A stretch of DNA of 64,000 nucleotides from Gammaproteobacteria bacterium (GCA_965116495.1 OZ220696.1:1024001-1088000), one strand, 5' to 3'. Positions 51,974 through 61,886 are shown, counted from the first letter of the stretch. Translations and numbers: made by a program. Notes: generated from the sequence alone by a model not told the origin.

Positions 51974-53122
51974 TCATTTCAGTCCCTGCCCGATCAGTAT
52001 GAGCCGGATGACCCGCTCTGCCGCATTGGCGATATATTCTCTTGAGTTCGCCAGCGCCTCGTCCAGGGGCATGTCTCTGGCAATAGCCGCTTCCAGGCCG
52101 TTGATCCCGTGCTTGAACACCTCTCCGGCATCGTCCGCCAGTCCTCCGCCGATGGTGATCACGGGGACACCGTATTCACCGGCAAGCCGGGCGATGCCCG
52201 CCGGTGTCTTGCCGAATGCCGTCTGGAAATCCACCCTGCCCTCACCGGTAAACACCAGGTCAGCCGAGCGCAGGTGAGTCTCGATGGAGGTTGCCCTGCT
52301 GATGATTTCAATACCGCTGTCAAGTTCCGCCCCCGCAAATACATGCAGTCCGGCGCCCAGTCCGCCTGCCGCTCCGGCGCCCGGCATTGCATCCATGTCA
52401 ATATCCATTTCCCGCTTAATCACACCCGCCAGATGTTTCAAATTGTCATCCAGCAACTTCACCATGTCCGCATCGGCGCCTTTCTGCGGCGCGAATACGC
52501 AGGCTGCACCGTTTTTCCCGGTCAGGGGGTTGTCAACGTCGCAGGCGACCAGGATCCGGGCTTTATCCAGTTTCGGGTGCCTGTCCTTCAGGTCCACGGA
52601 CTCTATTTTATGCAGCATACCACCGGCGCCGTTCCGGTGGATAACGCTACCGTCCCCGGTGCGAAACACCACCCCCAGGGCCTGTGCCATGCCCACGCCG
52701 GCGTCGTTGGTGGCGGAACCACCAATTCCCAGGATAATTTTCTGCGCGCCCTTGTCAAGGGCGTGGCGAATCAACTCGCCTGTCCCGAACGAGGTCGTCC
52801 TTAACGGGTTCATGGTCTCGCCGCTGACTAGCGTTAACCCGGAAGCCGCCGCCATTTCGATGACCGCAGTGCTGTTATCCGCCAGCATCCCATAGCCGGC
52901 CGTGACGTTTTGACCGGCGGGCCCTGTAACCTTACAACTGAGCAACTCCCCGCCGGCGGCATCAAGCAGCGACTGTACCGTTCCCTCCCCGCCATCAGCC
53001 ATGGGTATCTTTATGCAGTCCGCGCCGGGCAGCACCCTTTCGATACCTGCTTCCATGGCCTCGGCAACCTCCATGGAGGTCAGGCTGCCCTTGAACGAGT
53101 CTGGTGCGAGAATTATCTTCAT
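51974..53122 (-). CDS. Glycerate kinase (GlxK/GarK family)
   Basis: APDSFKGSL, ADGGEGT, GGSATNDAG, GAGAAGGLG, TGEGRVD. Confidence 0.93.
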   Translation of the reverse strand: MKIILAPDSFKGSLTSMEVAEAMEAGIERVLPGADCIKIPMADGGEGTVQSLLDAAGGELLSCKVTGPAGQNVTAGYGMLADNSTAVIEMAAASGLTLVSGETMNPLRTTSFGTGELIRHALDKGAQKIILGIGGSATNDAGVGMAQALGVVFRTGDGSVIHRNGAGGMLHKIESVDLKDRHPKLDKARILVACDVDNPLTGKNGAACVFAPQKGADADMVKLLDDNLKHLAGVIKREMDIDMDAMPGAGAAGGLGAGLHVFAGAELDSGIEIISRATSIETHLRSADLVFTGEGRVDFQTAFGKTPAGIARLAGEYGVPVITIGGGLADDAGEVFKHGINGLEAAIARDMPLDEALANSREYIANAAERVIRLILIGQGLK

Positions 53123-53140
53123 ATTGCGATTTATGTATCA

Positions 53141-53220
53141 GAAAAAAGGGGACAGATTTATTTTTTCGGCAATAGCGCTGGTCGGTAAAATATTTGAAAA
53201 ATAAATCTGTCCCCTTTTTC
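53141..53220. repeat. GGGGACAGATTTATTTTT inverted repeat (REPIN-like)
   Basis: AAAAAGGGGACAGATTTATTTTT / AAAAATAAATCTGTCCCCTTTTT. Confidence 0.8.
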
Positions 53221-53675
53221 TATCTATACACCTGGTAGGTTACGCGGTCACCAACGGTGATATCCCGTTTTTGTACCTGCCCGGCTTTCAGTTCCAGGAC
53301 GGCTTTGACCCGGCCGTCCGACGGCATCACTTTAGTGGATTCCGGCTGTGCGTTCTCGACGATCTTGACGATGTATCCATCCGTATCGATATAAATTATA
53401 TCAAGCGGGATAAAGGTATTCTTCATCCAGATATTCAACCGTTGCGGTTTTTCGTTCAATAACAACATTCCCTGGTTTGCCGGCAAGCTTGACCGGTACA
53501 TCAGACCGATGCTTTTCAAACGCGGGTTATCGGCAACCTCAACCCGGTAATACAGGTTGTCATATTTCGTATTTATCGTCAGTGAACCTGACTTGAAATG
53601 GGTCTGGCCGATACAGCTCGCGCTGATGAACAGCAGGAATAGAAGGCAACAGTCTCGACGACACTCTATTATCAT
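53220..53675 (-). CDS. DUF192 family protein
   Basis: VEVAD, GLMYR, WMKNTFIPLDIIYI, VLELKAG. Confidence 0.9.
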   Translation of the reverse strand: MIIECRRDCCLLFLLFISASCIGQTHFKSGSLTINTKYDNLYYRVEVADNPRLKSIGLMYRSSLPANQGMLLLNEKPQRLNIWMKNTFIPLDIIYIDTDGYIVKIVENAQPESTKVMPSDGRVKAVLELKAGQVQKRDITVGDRVTYQVYR

Positions 53676-53676
53676 T

Positions 53677-53799
53677 GATCAATTACGAATTACAAATTAC
53701 AAATTACGAATTAGGAATTACGAATTACGAATTACGAATTACGAATTGGGTTTTTAAGATTTTAATTCCTAATTCGTAATTTGTAATTCCTAATTGATC
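53677..53799. repeat. Inverted heptamer arrays: 10 AATTACG-like units facing about 4-5 TAATTCC-like units
   Basis: 53681-53750 and 53763-53799; overlaps the dUTPase TAG stop. Confidence 0.9.
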
Positions 53800-54257
53800 T
53801 TCTTATTGTCTTCTTCACTCTTCGTTGCCCTGTTGTATCCGCTGTCCTGCCTGTTCAGGTTGACCGCGTGTTTCTGGCAATAAATATCGTACACTTTTTC
53901 CGGCGTAAGACCCGAGCATATCAGCGCGGAGACAAGAAAATGCAGTATATCGATTAATTCAACCCGGATATTCTGTATGTCGATATCATCCTTGCTCCAC
54001 CACTTCCATAATAACTCTTCATCAAGCTCCAGTATCTCCTCGCGCATCGCCCTGGAATAGTTTGATAACCAGGTATTGGGCAGGTCATTGACCTTGAGGC
54101 CGCCTTCATTGACCTGCGAATAGATGGTATCCATGGTCAGGGGATTCCCTGAAGTATCCTTGAGACCGTTTTTTTTGAAAACGTAATCGTTCAGTTCGGT
54201 CTGCATCCTGAAGATACGTTTGAGCATGTCGATCTCTGCAGATTTTTCAATATCCAT
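53790..54257 (-). CDS. Dimeric all-alpha dUTPase family protein
   Basis: EILEL, WKWW, VELIDILHF, K.AVN..RQ..GY; start MDIEK. Confidence 0.8.
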   Translation of the reverse strand: MDIEKSAEIDMLKRIFRMQTELNDYVFKKNGLKDTSGNPLTMDTIYSQVNEGGLKVNDLPNTWLSNYSRAMREEILELDEELLWKWWSKDDIDIQNIRVELIDILHFLVSALICSGLTPEKVYDIYCQKHAVNLNRQDSGYNRATKSEEDNKKIN

Positions 54258-54682
54258 CGTTCGCGTCCCTATTTTTGACCGCCGGGAGTAATTCGCCCCC
54301 CCGGGTAACAGGCCGAGGACAGATTTCAAATCTGTCCCCTTCTCTGCCCGAATTAGCGGGAGCCGTTGAATTGATTTGATTATTATTGCCATTTTCGCTA
54401 TTTTCGTACACACTATACAAGTAGTTTGCATATTTTCTCTGGTCAATTCAGTAATTCCGGTTGGTTTTTCCTGTATTACCTTGCTGAATTTGCAACACGT
54501 TAGGCGTCGGGAAACTCTTGTTTATTCAGAATTTCCCGCGAGGCAGGGATACGCCATCATGTGCTTTCGCAATGTGATTGGACATGTGGGAAAATCGAAA
54601 ACCCGGGTTTTCGATCTTCATGTTCTGAAAATTCCGGGATGGAATTATTCAGGGATATTTTAATTTTTTCACGAGGTGATAT

Positions 54683-54886
54683 ATGGCAACTGGTACAGTT
54701 AAATGGTTTAATGAAACAAAAGGGTATGGATTTATCACGCCCGATGACGGAACGGCCGATGTATTCGTTCATTTTTCCGCTATACAGGCAGATGGATTCA
54801 GAACTCTGAGCGAAGGCCAGACTGTTTCATTTGAGAAAAAGGCAGGAGCAAAAGGCGATCAAGCTGTTAACGTTCAAATGACTTAA
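54683..54886 (+). CDS. Cold-shock protein (CspA family)
   Basis: [22 protein letters not shown]. Confidence 0.95.
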   Translation: MATGTVKWFNETKGYGFITPDDGTADVFVHFSAIQADGFRTLSEGQTVSFEKKAGAKGDQAVNVQMT

Positions 54887-54890
54887 CCTG

Positions 54891-54914
54891 ACTGCCTGTT
54901 ATCAGGCAGTTTTT
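54891..54914 (+). terminator. Rho-independent terminator after the csp gene
   Basis: ACTGCCTG-TTAT-CAGGCAGT followed by TTTT. Confidence 0.7.
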
Positions 54915-54957
54915 ATTACACTACAACCATCCAGGCTTCTGGATTAGGGATAGAACC

Positions 54958-55224
54958 TTGAAAAGAATGTTTGTTGGAAGTTTGCCTATGGAAACGACCG
55001 AAGCCGCCCTGACCGAACTATTTTCGGAATACGGAAAAGTCAGGGGCATTCAGCTTGCTACGGATGTTTTTTCCGGCAAATGCAAGGGGTTTGGTTTTGT
55101 CGATATGGAAGGACACGAAGCCAGGGCAGCGATTGAAGGACTGAACGGCAAGATGTACCAGGGCAAGTTCCTGCGCGTCAACTTTCAGGAACCACGGGGA
55201 AAGAAAGGTAAAAGGCGCCGCTGA
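54958..55224 (+). CDS. RRM-domain RNA-binding protein
   Basis: RNP2 MFVGSL, RNP1 KGFGFVDM. Confidence 0.9.
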   Translation: MKRMFVGSLPMETTEAALTELFSEYGKVRGIQLATDVFSGKCKGFGFVDMEGHEARAAIEGLNGKMYQGKFLRVNFQEPRGKKGKRRR

Positions 55225-55258
55225 CCAATATCGGTTGGTCACTCCCTTTACTTGATCC

Positions 55259-55915
55259 ATGAACATTGAGTTGATCAGTTTTGATCTGTGCCCGTTTGTG
55301 CAACGCTCGGTCATTACCTTGCTGGAAAAGGACATCCCCTTCAAGCGCACCAATATAGACCTGGCCAACAAGCCTGGCTGGTTTTTGCAGATCTCGCCCC
55401 TGGGGAAAGTACCCGTACTGAAAATAGACGGCAACATCCTGTTTGAATCGGCAGTCATCAACGAATACCTGGATGAAGTTACCCCCCCGTCCATGCACCC
55501 GGAAGACCCACTGCAAAAGGCCGTAAACCGGGCCTGGATTGAATTCGGATCGGAATTATCCAACCTGTCATTCAGGATGGTGATTACGGAGGATAAGGAC
55601 ATTGTGGAACAATCCCTGCAGGCCCTGAGGGATAAATTCGAATTTCTGAACAAAAACCTCAACGCCGCCCCTTTCTTTAACGGCGCGGATTTCTCGCTGA
55701 TCGACGCGGCCTATGCGCCTGTCTTTATCCGTATAGAATACCTGCTGAAGCAGGCGATCGCTGATGTGATCCCGCCGGGGTGCAGCCGGGTACTGGCCTG
55801 GAGCAACGCCATCCTGGCGCGGCCGTCAGTCCGCGGCAGCATCATCGACCGCTTCACCGAACTGGCAACGCAAAGATTCAAGAAACGGGGCGGTATCCTG
55901 CTGCAAAACCTGTAA
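55259..55915 (+). CDS. Glutathione S-transferase family protein
   Basis: CPFVQR, SPLGKVPVL, LFESAVINEYLDE. Confidence 0.92.
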   Translation: MNIELISFDLCPFVQRSVITLLEKDIPFKRTNIDLANKPGWFLQISPLGKVPVLKIDGNILFESAVINEYLDEVTPPSMHPEDPLQKAVNRAWIEFGSELSNLSFRMVITEDKDIVEQSLQALRDKFEFLNKNLNAAPFFNGADFSLIDAAYAPVFIRIEYLLKQAIADVIPPGCSRVLAWSNAILARPSVRGSIIDRFTELATQRFKKRGGILLQNL

Positions 55916-55931
55916 ACCTGCAATTGATATT

Positions 55932-56093
55932 ATTTATCCGCAGATGACGCAGATAAACGCAGATTAAAAGACAATTCTTTATATGTGGATGGTGACCAGG
56001 TCGGATTTAATCAATAAAGTCTGAATTTGTCCGGGGCCTGTCAAGTTTTAATATCTTTTATCTGCGTTTATCTGCGTGAATCTGCGGATAAAT
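55932..56093. repeat. CGCAGAT-type inverted repeat, second copy
   Basis: ATTTATCCGCAGATGACGCAGATAAACGCAGAT / ATCTGCGTTTATCTGCGTGAATCTGCGGATAAAT. Confidence 0.8.
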
Positions 56094-56104
56094 CAAGCGG
56101 TATT

Positions 56105-57334
56105 TTATGTATAGGCGTGCTTTTGCAGCACCAGGCGATAGCATTGCAGGCGGTTATGCAGGAAGCACTCAGCCGACCCCCACAAGTACAGCCGGAAGCG
56201 CCGGTAATCCGCCTCGCCGAACTTTTTGATGATGAATTCCCGGTTGGCATCGAAGCGTTTGGCCCAGTGGTCAAAAGTCAGGTAATAGCTGTACCGATCA
56301 TCCCATACTCCTTTCAAATCAAACGGCTTTGCGGCCAGGGATTTCAGAAAGTCGTGGAGCACGAAGAAGGAATGGTTGCCGGGATATATGTGTTGCGTAA
56401 TAAAGGATGATATCTCATATTTCCGGGGTATGGCGCTGGCGTCGAGAAATACATAACCCCCCGGCTTGAGCAACCGGTCAAAACACTTCAGGACCTCGGT
56501 ATAGTTGGGCAAGTGCTCCATCACGCCCAGTATGGCGATGGCATCGAACTGTTTTTTGGTTTTGTATTCAAGGACGTCCATCAACCTGGTGGTGATAGGC
56601 AACTTCTGCACAGACGTCAGTTGCTGCATGAATTTAAGCGACTGCTCAGCAATGGTCAGGCCGGTCACCTTGATGCCTTTACGCGCCGCGAATTCCGCAA
56701 ACGAACCCCAACCGACTCCGACGTCCAGTACTTCACTGCCGGGGGTCAGCTTGCATCGTTCCAGGATAAAGTCCATTTTCCGGCGTATCGCTGCCGAGAG
56801 CGGTTCGTCAGGCGACTCGAATATGCCCTGGGTGTAACAGCGAAACTCCTCATCCAGGAACGACAGGTAAAATGAATGGTCCCGTTCGTAATGGTGGCTG
56901 ATTGCCGATTTGTTGACCGCGACCTGGCCCAGCAATACCGGCGCTATAAACCGCCAGAGCCACCTGAACAGGTGCCGGTCCTGACAATAATTGCGCAATT
57001 CATACATTTTGATGATATCGCCCTCTACATCGAACCAACCGTCGATATAGGCGTTCGCGATGACTCCTTCATCAAACGATACAATGGCGCGCAATCCCCT
57101 GGGGTCAGTCATCCTGAGCTTGAAACGCGGCGAACCCGTGCCTATCCTGTGTTCACTTCCGTCCGTGAGCACCGCGTCGAAACTGACCGGGCTTTTCCTG
57201 AACCGGTGGGAAATAAATCCCAGTAGCCGGGCTTCCCTGCGCTGCAGCGTTTTAATTTTTTTGCTTTCGACCGGACTCGCAGCTTCCGGAACACCTTGTT
57301 GCTCGTCGGCACGATCATTTAGAATAGATGCCAT
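56105..57334 (-). CDS. Cyclopropane-fatty-acyl synthase-like SAM methyltransferase
   Basis: AYIDGW, ISHHY, VLDVGVGWGS, GVMEH, FITQHIYPG. Confidence 0.82.
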   Translation of the reverse strand: MASILNDRADEQQGVPEAASPVESKKIKTLQRREARLLGFISHRFRKSPVSFDAVLTDGSEHRIGTGSPRFKLRMTDPRGLRAIVSFDEGVIANAYIDGWFDVEGDIIKMYELRNYCQDRHLFRWLWRFIAPVLLGQVAVNKSAISHHYERDHSFYLSFLDEEFRCYTQGIFESPDEPLSAAIRRKMDFILERCKLTPGSEVLDVGVGWGSFAEFAARKGIKVTGLTIAEQSLKFMQQLTSVQKLPITTRLMDVLEYKTKKQFDAIAILGVMEHLPNYTEVLKCFDRLLKPGGYVFLDASAIPRKYEISSFITQHIYPGNHSFFVLHDFLKSLAAKPFDLKGVWDDRYSYYLTFDHWAKRFDANREFIIKKFGEADYRRFRLYLWGSAECFLHNRLQCYRLVLQKHAYT

Positions 57335-57441
57335 GATTCTTCATACCTCTGTTGCCCTCTGGTAAATTATCACTTATCCGGCAAACACGCAAAGGAATAA
57401 GACAACCGGATTAACCGGGATTATTGCGTTATCCTTCCTTC

Positions 57442-58173
57442 ATGAATGACCATCACAACAATATCAAACCGGATGAGGTCGAAAAATTCGAGCAACTGGC
57501 CCATGACTGGTGGAACATTGCCGGCCCGCTGCAAACCCTGCACGACATAAATCCGATCCGGTTGAATTATATCACCGACAATGCAAAGATCGACGGCAGG
57601 CGCGTACTTGACGTGGGTTGCGGGGGCGGCATTCTGACAGAGGCACTGGCGCGTAGAGGCGCCAGTGTTCTGGGGCTTGACGCCAGCGAAGCCGTCATCC
57701 AGGCCGCCGGGCATCATGCACAGGAAAGCGGCCTGGAGATCGACTATATCACCGGGAGCCTGGAGGAATTCGCTACGGAAACCGCAAGCCGCTTTGACGT
57801 AATAACCTGTATGGAATTACTTGAACACGTGCCGGACCCGCAGGCGTTGTTGCGTTCCTGCGCCCTGTTATCAAGACCTGGCGGTCACTTGTTCCTGGCG
57901 ACCATCAACCGCAATGTGAAATCCTACATCAGTGCCGTTCTCGGTGCCGAGCACCTGTTCGGCCTGCTGCCCAAAGGCACCCATGACTATGCCGGTTTCA
58001 TCCGTCCTGCCGAACTGGACTGGTGGCTGCGCGAGGCAGGTTTCAAGGTGCTGGACATCAGGGGAATGCTCTACATCCCGGGGATCAGATATTGCGCCCT
58101 GACAAACGACCCGGGCGTCAATTACCTGCTGCACGCACAACTTGTCGATCAGCGTCCGGGGTCCGACATCTAG
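57442..58173 (+). CDS. ubiG: Ubiquinone biosynthesis O-methyltransferase
   Basis: EVEKF, LHDINPIR, VLDVGCGGG, CMELLEHVPD, LPKGTH, VNY. Confidence 0.95.
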   Translation: MNDHHNNIKPDEVEKFEQLAHDWWNIAGPLQTLHDINPIRLNYITDNAKIDGRRVLDVGCGGGILTEALARRGASVLGLDASEAVIQAAGHHAQESGLEIDYITGSLEEFATETASRFDVITCMELLEHVPDPQALLRSCALLSRPGGHLFLATINRNVKSYISAVLGAEHLFGLLPKGTHDYAGFIRPAELDWWLREAGFKVLDIRGMLYIPGIRYCALTNDPGVNYLLHAQLVDQRPGSDI

Positions 58174-58215
58174 CAGGCACCTGCCCGACTATTTTCCAAA
58201 CCGGCTGACAATCGA

Positions 58216-58881
58216 ATGAACAGCAATGTCAGATGTATCCTGTTTGATCTCGACGGCACCCTGGTGGACACCGCGCCGGACCTCGCCAATGCGCTGAACC
58301 GGACGCTCGTCAATCACGGCAGGCAACCGTTAACGTTTGATGCAATCCGCCCCAGTGTCTCCCTGGGAGGTGTGGCAATGATAAAGCTGGGGTTCAACCT
58401 GGATGAAAGCGATCCGGATTTCACCCCCTTGCGTAATGAGTTCCTGGCAATATACCGGGACAACCTCTCTCACCACAGCCGCCTGTTCCCGGGCATGGAG
58501 CAGGTGCTGGCCGGACTGGATGAAATGAAGGCCTCCTGGGGTATCGTCACCAACAAACCCGGCTGGCTGACCAACCCGCTTATGGAGGCGCTGCACCTGG
58601 ATACGCGTACTGACTGTATCGTCTCCGGCGACACGCTGGAACAGCGCAAACCGCACCCCGCGCAGTTGTTCCATGCCTGTGAACTACTGCAGCGCGTACC
58701 GGCAGAGACCTTGTACGTGGGTGATGCGCGGCGTGACATAGAAGCGGGGGTAAACGCCGGCATGACGACCCTGGTTGCCGCTTACGGGTACATCGACACG
58801 AATGAAAATCCGGAAAACTGGGGCGCTGACGGGATGATAGACAGCCCGGAAGAAATCATGGCCTGGGTGAGTCCAGACTGA
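58216..58881 (+). CDS. gph: HAD phosphatase (phosphoglycolate phosphatase / MupP-like)
   Basis: FDLDGTLVDT, VTNK, KPHP, VGDARRD; follows ubiG. Confidence 0.8.
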   Translation: MNSNVRCILFDLDGTLVDTAPDLANALNRTLVNHGRQPLTFDAIRPSVSLGGVAMIKLGFNLDESDPDFTPLRNEFLAIYRDNLSHHSRLFPGMEQVLAGLDEMKASWGIVTNKPGWLTNPLMEALHLDTRTDCIVSGDTLEQRKPHPAQLFHACELLQRVPAETLYVGDARRDIEAGVNAGMTTLVAAYGYIDTNENPENWGADGMIDSPEEIMAWVSPD

Positions 58882-58887
58882 CGGCAC

Positions 58888-59727
58888 ATGAATCCGGAAC
58901 AGTATTGCCGCAATAAAGCCGCCCCCGCCGGTTCAAACCTGTATTACGCTGCCTTGTATCATGATCCGCAAAGCAAGCGGATACTGCATGCCCTGTTTGC
59001 TTTTCACCAGGAACTCAGCGAGGTGGTCTATTCGTCATCAGACCCCGGCGCGGCGCGGGTCACCTTGTACTGGTGGTTTGAAGAGATAGGCAGACTGTTT
59101 TCCGGCGAGCCAAGGCACCCCGTTACCCAGGAGTTGTCTCAACCTGATAGCGCTGATTACCTGTCTCAAAAGGAAATGATGGGCTGTGTTGCGACTATGG
59201 CGCAGTTTCTTGATGCGCCTGAGAGCGGTCCTTACCAGGCCTGGCTGGCGCGCCACCACGCCGCCTCCGGTTATATCTGGAAAGCGGCAGGACTGGCCTG
59301 TGGTTGCACAGACCCGGACAAGCTGGCCGTCCTGTCCAAGGCGGGTTGCTGTTACGGCGCATTTGAACTGCTGCACCACGTCAGACACTTCGCCAAACTC
59401 GGCCTTAATATACTCCCGACAGAACTATTGAGCAGTCGTAACATCAGCCTGGAAACACTCATCCGGCCGGAGTCCGGTGATAGCGGAACTGAGTTCTTCA
59501 CAAAACTGTTTGAACTGGTGCAGAACGAGATAAAAACCTGCCTGACCAACCTGCAGGGAGAAGAAGCACACAAGCTCTTATTCTCCCATACCATGCTGAA
59601 AATACTGGAGGCCCTGTGCAGGGAATACCAGTCCGCCCGCTCGCCTGTCACCCACACCCGCATTTCCTTAACCCCTGTCAGGAAACTCTGGACAGCGTGG
59701 AGGACGGCCCGTAGATTACGCAGGTGA
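58888..59727 (+). CDS. Squalene/phytoene synthase-fold protein (HpnD-like, degenerate motifs)
   Basis: YC..KAA..GS.LYY, L.WW.EE, HPVT, SLTP.RKLW.AW. Confidence 0.7.
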   Translation: MNPEQYCRNKAAPAGSNLYYAALYHDPQSKRILHALFAFHQELSEVVYSSSDPGAARVTLYWWFEEIGRLFSGEPRHPVTQELSQPDSADYLSQKEMMGCVATMAQFLDAPESGPYQAWLARHHAASGYIWKAAGLACGCTDPDKLAVLSKAGCCYGAFELLHHVRHFAKLGLNILPTELLSSRNISLETLIRPESGDSGTEFFTKLFELVQNEIKTCLTNLQGEEAHKLLFSHTMLKILEALCREYQSARSPVTHTRISLTPVRKLWTAWRTARRLRR

Positions 59728-59836
59728 ATGGCAGTTCCAGCCGCTTCCTTTACCAGTTTTTAGTAAGCATCAGCAAACCCGGGATCCAGCCGGTACAGAT
59801 ACCGGTGGCAACCATTGCATAAGTGAGGGTCTATCC

Positions 59837-59919
59837 ATGTGTCTGAAAATCACTACAGTCGGGAATTCAACCGGTGTCGTTTTGCCCAAAGACCTGTTGG
59901 CGAGACTACGCGTCGGCAT
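59837..59919 (+). pseudogene. AbrB/MazE-type antitoxin N-terminal remnant
   Basis: LKITTVGNSTGVVLPKDLLARLRV, then similarity is lost; no toxin follows. Confidence 0.65.
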
Positions 59920-60004
59920 TAGCCGCTTGGACCAGGTTACATTTAAATCAACGGCATTTGGATTCAGTCCACGAACCGGGTGTGCCCCGGCAACGCCGTC
60001 CGGC

Positions 60005-60445
60005 TTAATGCTGCCAGCGCAGCCTGACCCGTAACCGTCTCAGCGTTTGCTTGTCCAGGTTGTCATGGGTCAGTACGCAAGGATGGGTCCGGCCGGCCGT
60101 GTCCTTGAAGTGCAGTACCACTATCTGCGGGTGGACCAACGCGCCGGGCAGCAACCTGAGGTTGACGGCTTCGCAGTTGTCACTGAATAACTGCCATTGG
60201 TCGTGCTTGTCCAGCTTGAAGCAGATGTCCTCCGGAGAGAGAAATCGCGTTATGTAAATGCCATAATTGACCAGGACGCAGGTTCCGGCAAATACCATGG
60301 CAATGGCCGGAATATCTGCCACGAACAGGCAGACAATCGCCCCTATATGCACCAGGGTATTAAAAATACCCACCCGTACAGAGCGCCGGTAATGAATGAA
60401 AATCGGTAGTTCAAACGGGGCTTCCAGGCCGGTTACATCGGGCAT
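60005..60445 (-). CDS. YgfX/CptA-like membrane protein
   Basis: Two TM segments; C-terminal RRLRVRLRW; near sdh genes. Confidence 0.6.
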   Translation of the reverse strand: MPDVTGLEAPFELPIFIHYRRSVRVGIFNTLVHIGAIVCLFVADIPAIAMVFAGTCVLVNYGIYITRFLSPEDICFKLDKHDQWQLFSDNCEAVNLRLLPGALVHPQIVVLHFKDTAGRTHPCVLTHDNLDKQTLRRLRVRLRWQH

Positions 60446-60566
60446 CCCTTTCTTGCAATCCATTATGTTTATTTACATACTGTATTTTTTCCTGTCGGAA
60501 AACACGCACGCGTACACGGTGATCCTGGACAAAACAGGATATTGAAGATTTTGATAACATAAGTCA

Positions 60567-60728
60567 ATGGCCAGACAAGAAACAGAGAAGCCGCAAAAAC
60601 CGCCCCAGCCAGCCAGGCCGACAGAAAACAGCAAGGAGAACGAGTCCGGGGAAGTCGGCGGCCCTAAGGGACCGGAACCCACCCGTTACGGAGACTGGGA
60701 AAGAAAAGGCCGTTGTGTGGATTTTTGA
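60567..60728 (+). CDS. Succinate dehydrogenase assembly factor 4 / DUF1674 protein (53 aa, absent from the ORF track)
   Basis: Hand translation ends [25 protein letters not shown]. Confidence 0.9.
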   Translation: MARQETEKPQKPPQPARPTENSKENESGEVGGPKGPEPTRYGDWERKGRCVDF

Positions 60729-60771
60729 CTTTGCGTCCTGCATCTGAGACTCCGGCCCGGGATGGTGCAGG

Positions 60772-61737
60772 TTGATAGCGGGCCGGCTGGTTTTCGCGCT
60801 GTTGCTGATAGCGGCGCCCGCTGCAGTTCTCGCCGCTGACCGGACCCTGATCCTCGCCGCGTGGAATATCGAACACCTGGCGGCTGAAGACGGCAAGGGC
60901 TGCCGGCCGCGGGATGCTGCCGAATACGAGGCGATCGGGCAATACCTGGACCGCGCTAATGCGGACATTATTGCATTCCAGGAGGTAGAGAACCTGCGCG
61001 CGGCAGAGAGGGTGTTCCCTGCTTCGAAGTATGATGTTCATATCTCACAAAGACCGTCCCGGAAATTTCCGGAATGCTACGACATCACCAACGACAGGTT
61101 GATGCAGCGCACGGGGTTCGCCGTTCGCAAGGACATTGCCAGGCGCCTGGGTCTGCGGGCGGTTCGACAACCCGATGTACGCGAACTGCAGGGCACCCAT
61201 GATTCCGGGCGCCGGGGCGTCCATCTTGTCCTGGAGCAGGTTGATGAAGGTAGCGCCGGGTCAATGCCGGCCGGGCCCCCATTGCACCTGCTTTCCATAC
61301 ACCTGAAATCAAGATGTACGCACCAGGCCATAACGGGCAAAAAAACCAGGCCGGATTGCGTCGTACTGCATGGGCAGGTTGACGCATTATCCGCCTGGAT
61401 CAATGCCCGTGCCCACCTGCAACAGGATTTTATTATCGCCGGCGATTTCAACAGGCAGCTTGACCAGTTAAGCGACGAAGTGTGGGTACGGCTGGAATCC
61501 GGCGGCAAGAGCGGACCATACGTTGACCTGGAGAAAGCCCTTCAAGGGGTTGAACATCCACAGCCTTATAACCGGAAATACCCCTACGCCATCGATCACA
61601 TCATATACAACCAGGCCGTGGACAGCCTGTTGCTTGAGACAGAGGCGTTTTTTGACGTCGGGGCGGGCAGCTATTCGGACCACCTGCCTGTTTTTGCCAC
61701 CTTTGATTTATCGGGCCCCGACGGTGGTATGAACTGA
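60772..61737 (+). CDS. Exported endonuclease/exonuclease/phosphatase family protein
   Basis: Signal peptide, AWNIEH, AFQEVE, IHLKS, AGDFNR, IDHI, SDHLP. Confidence 0.85.
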   Translation: MIAGRLVFALLLIAAPAAVLAADRTLILAAWNIEHLAAEDGKGCRPRDAAEYEAIGQYLDRANADIIAFQEVENLRAAERVFPASKYDVHISQRPSRKFPECYDITNDRLMQRTGFAVRKDIARRLGLRAVRQPDVRELQGTHDSGRRGVHLVLEQVDEGSAGSMPAGPPLHLLSIHLKSRCTHQAITGKKTRPDCVVLHGQVDALSAWINARAHLQQDFIIAGDFNRQLDQLSDEVWVRLESGGKSGPYVDLEKALQGVEHPQPYNRKYPYAIDHIIYNQAVDSLLLETEAFFDVGAGSYSDHLPVFATFDLSGPDGGMN

Positions 61738-61749
61738 AGCAGGCTATTC

Positions 61750-61822
61750 GGGGTCAGAGTAAAAATACCTGGTAGTACGGTAACACAATCTACCGGGTTG
61801 ACCGTATTTTTACTCTGACCCC
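61750..61822. repeat. REPIN-like inverted repeat, second GGGGTCAGAGTAAA copy
   Basis: 19-bp perfect inverted repeat GGGGTCAGAGTAAAAATAC / GTATTTTTACTCTGACCCC. Confidence 0.85.
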
Positions 61823-61886
61823 AAGTATCAGGTATCAAAGAATAGTACGGTCTCGTATAATACGCCTTTTTCCGAGTGGGTAATTA

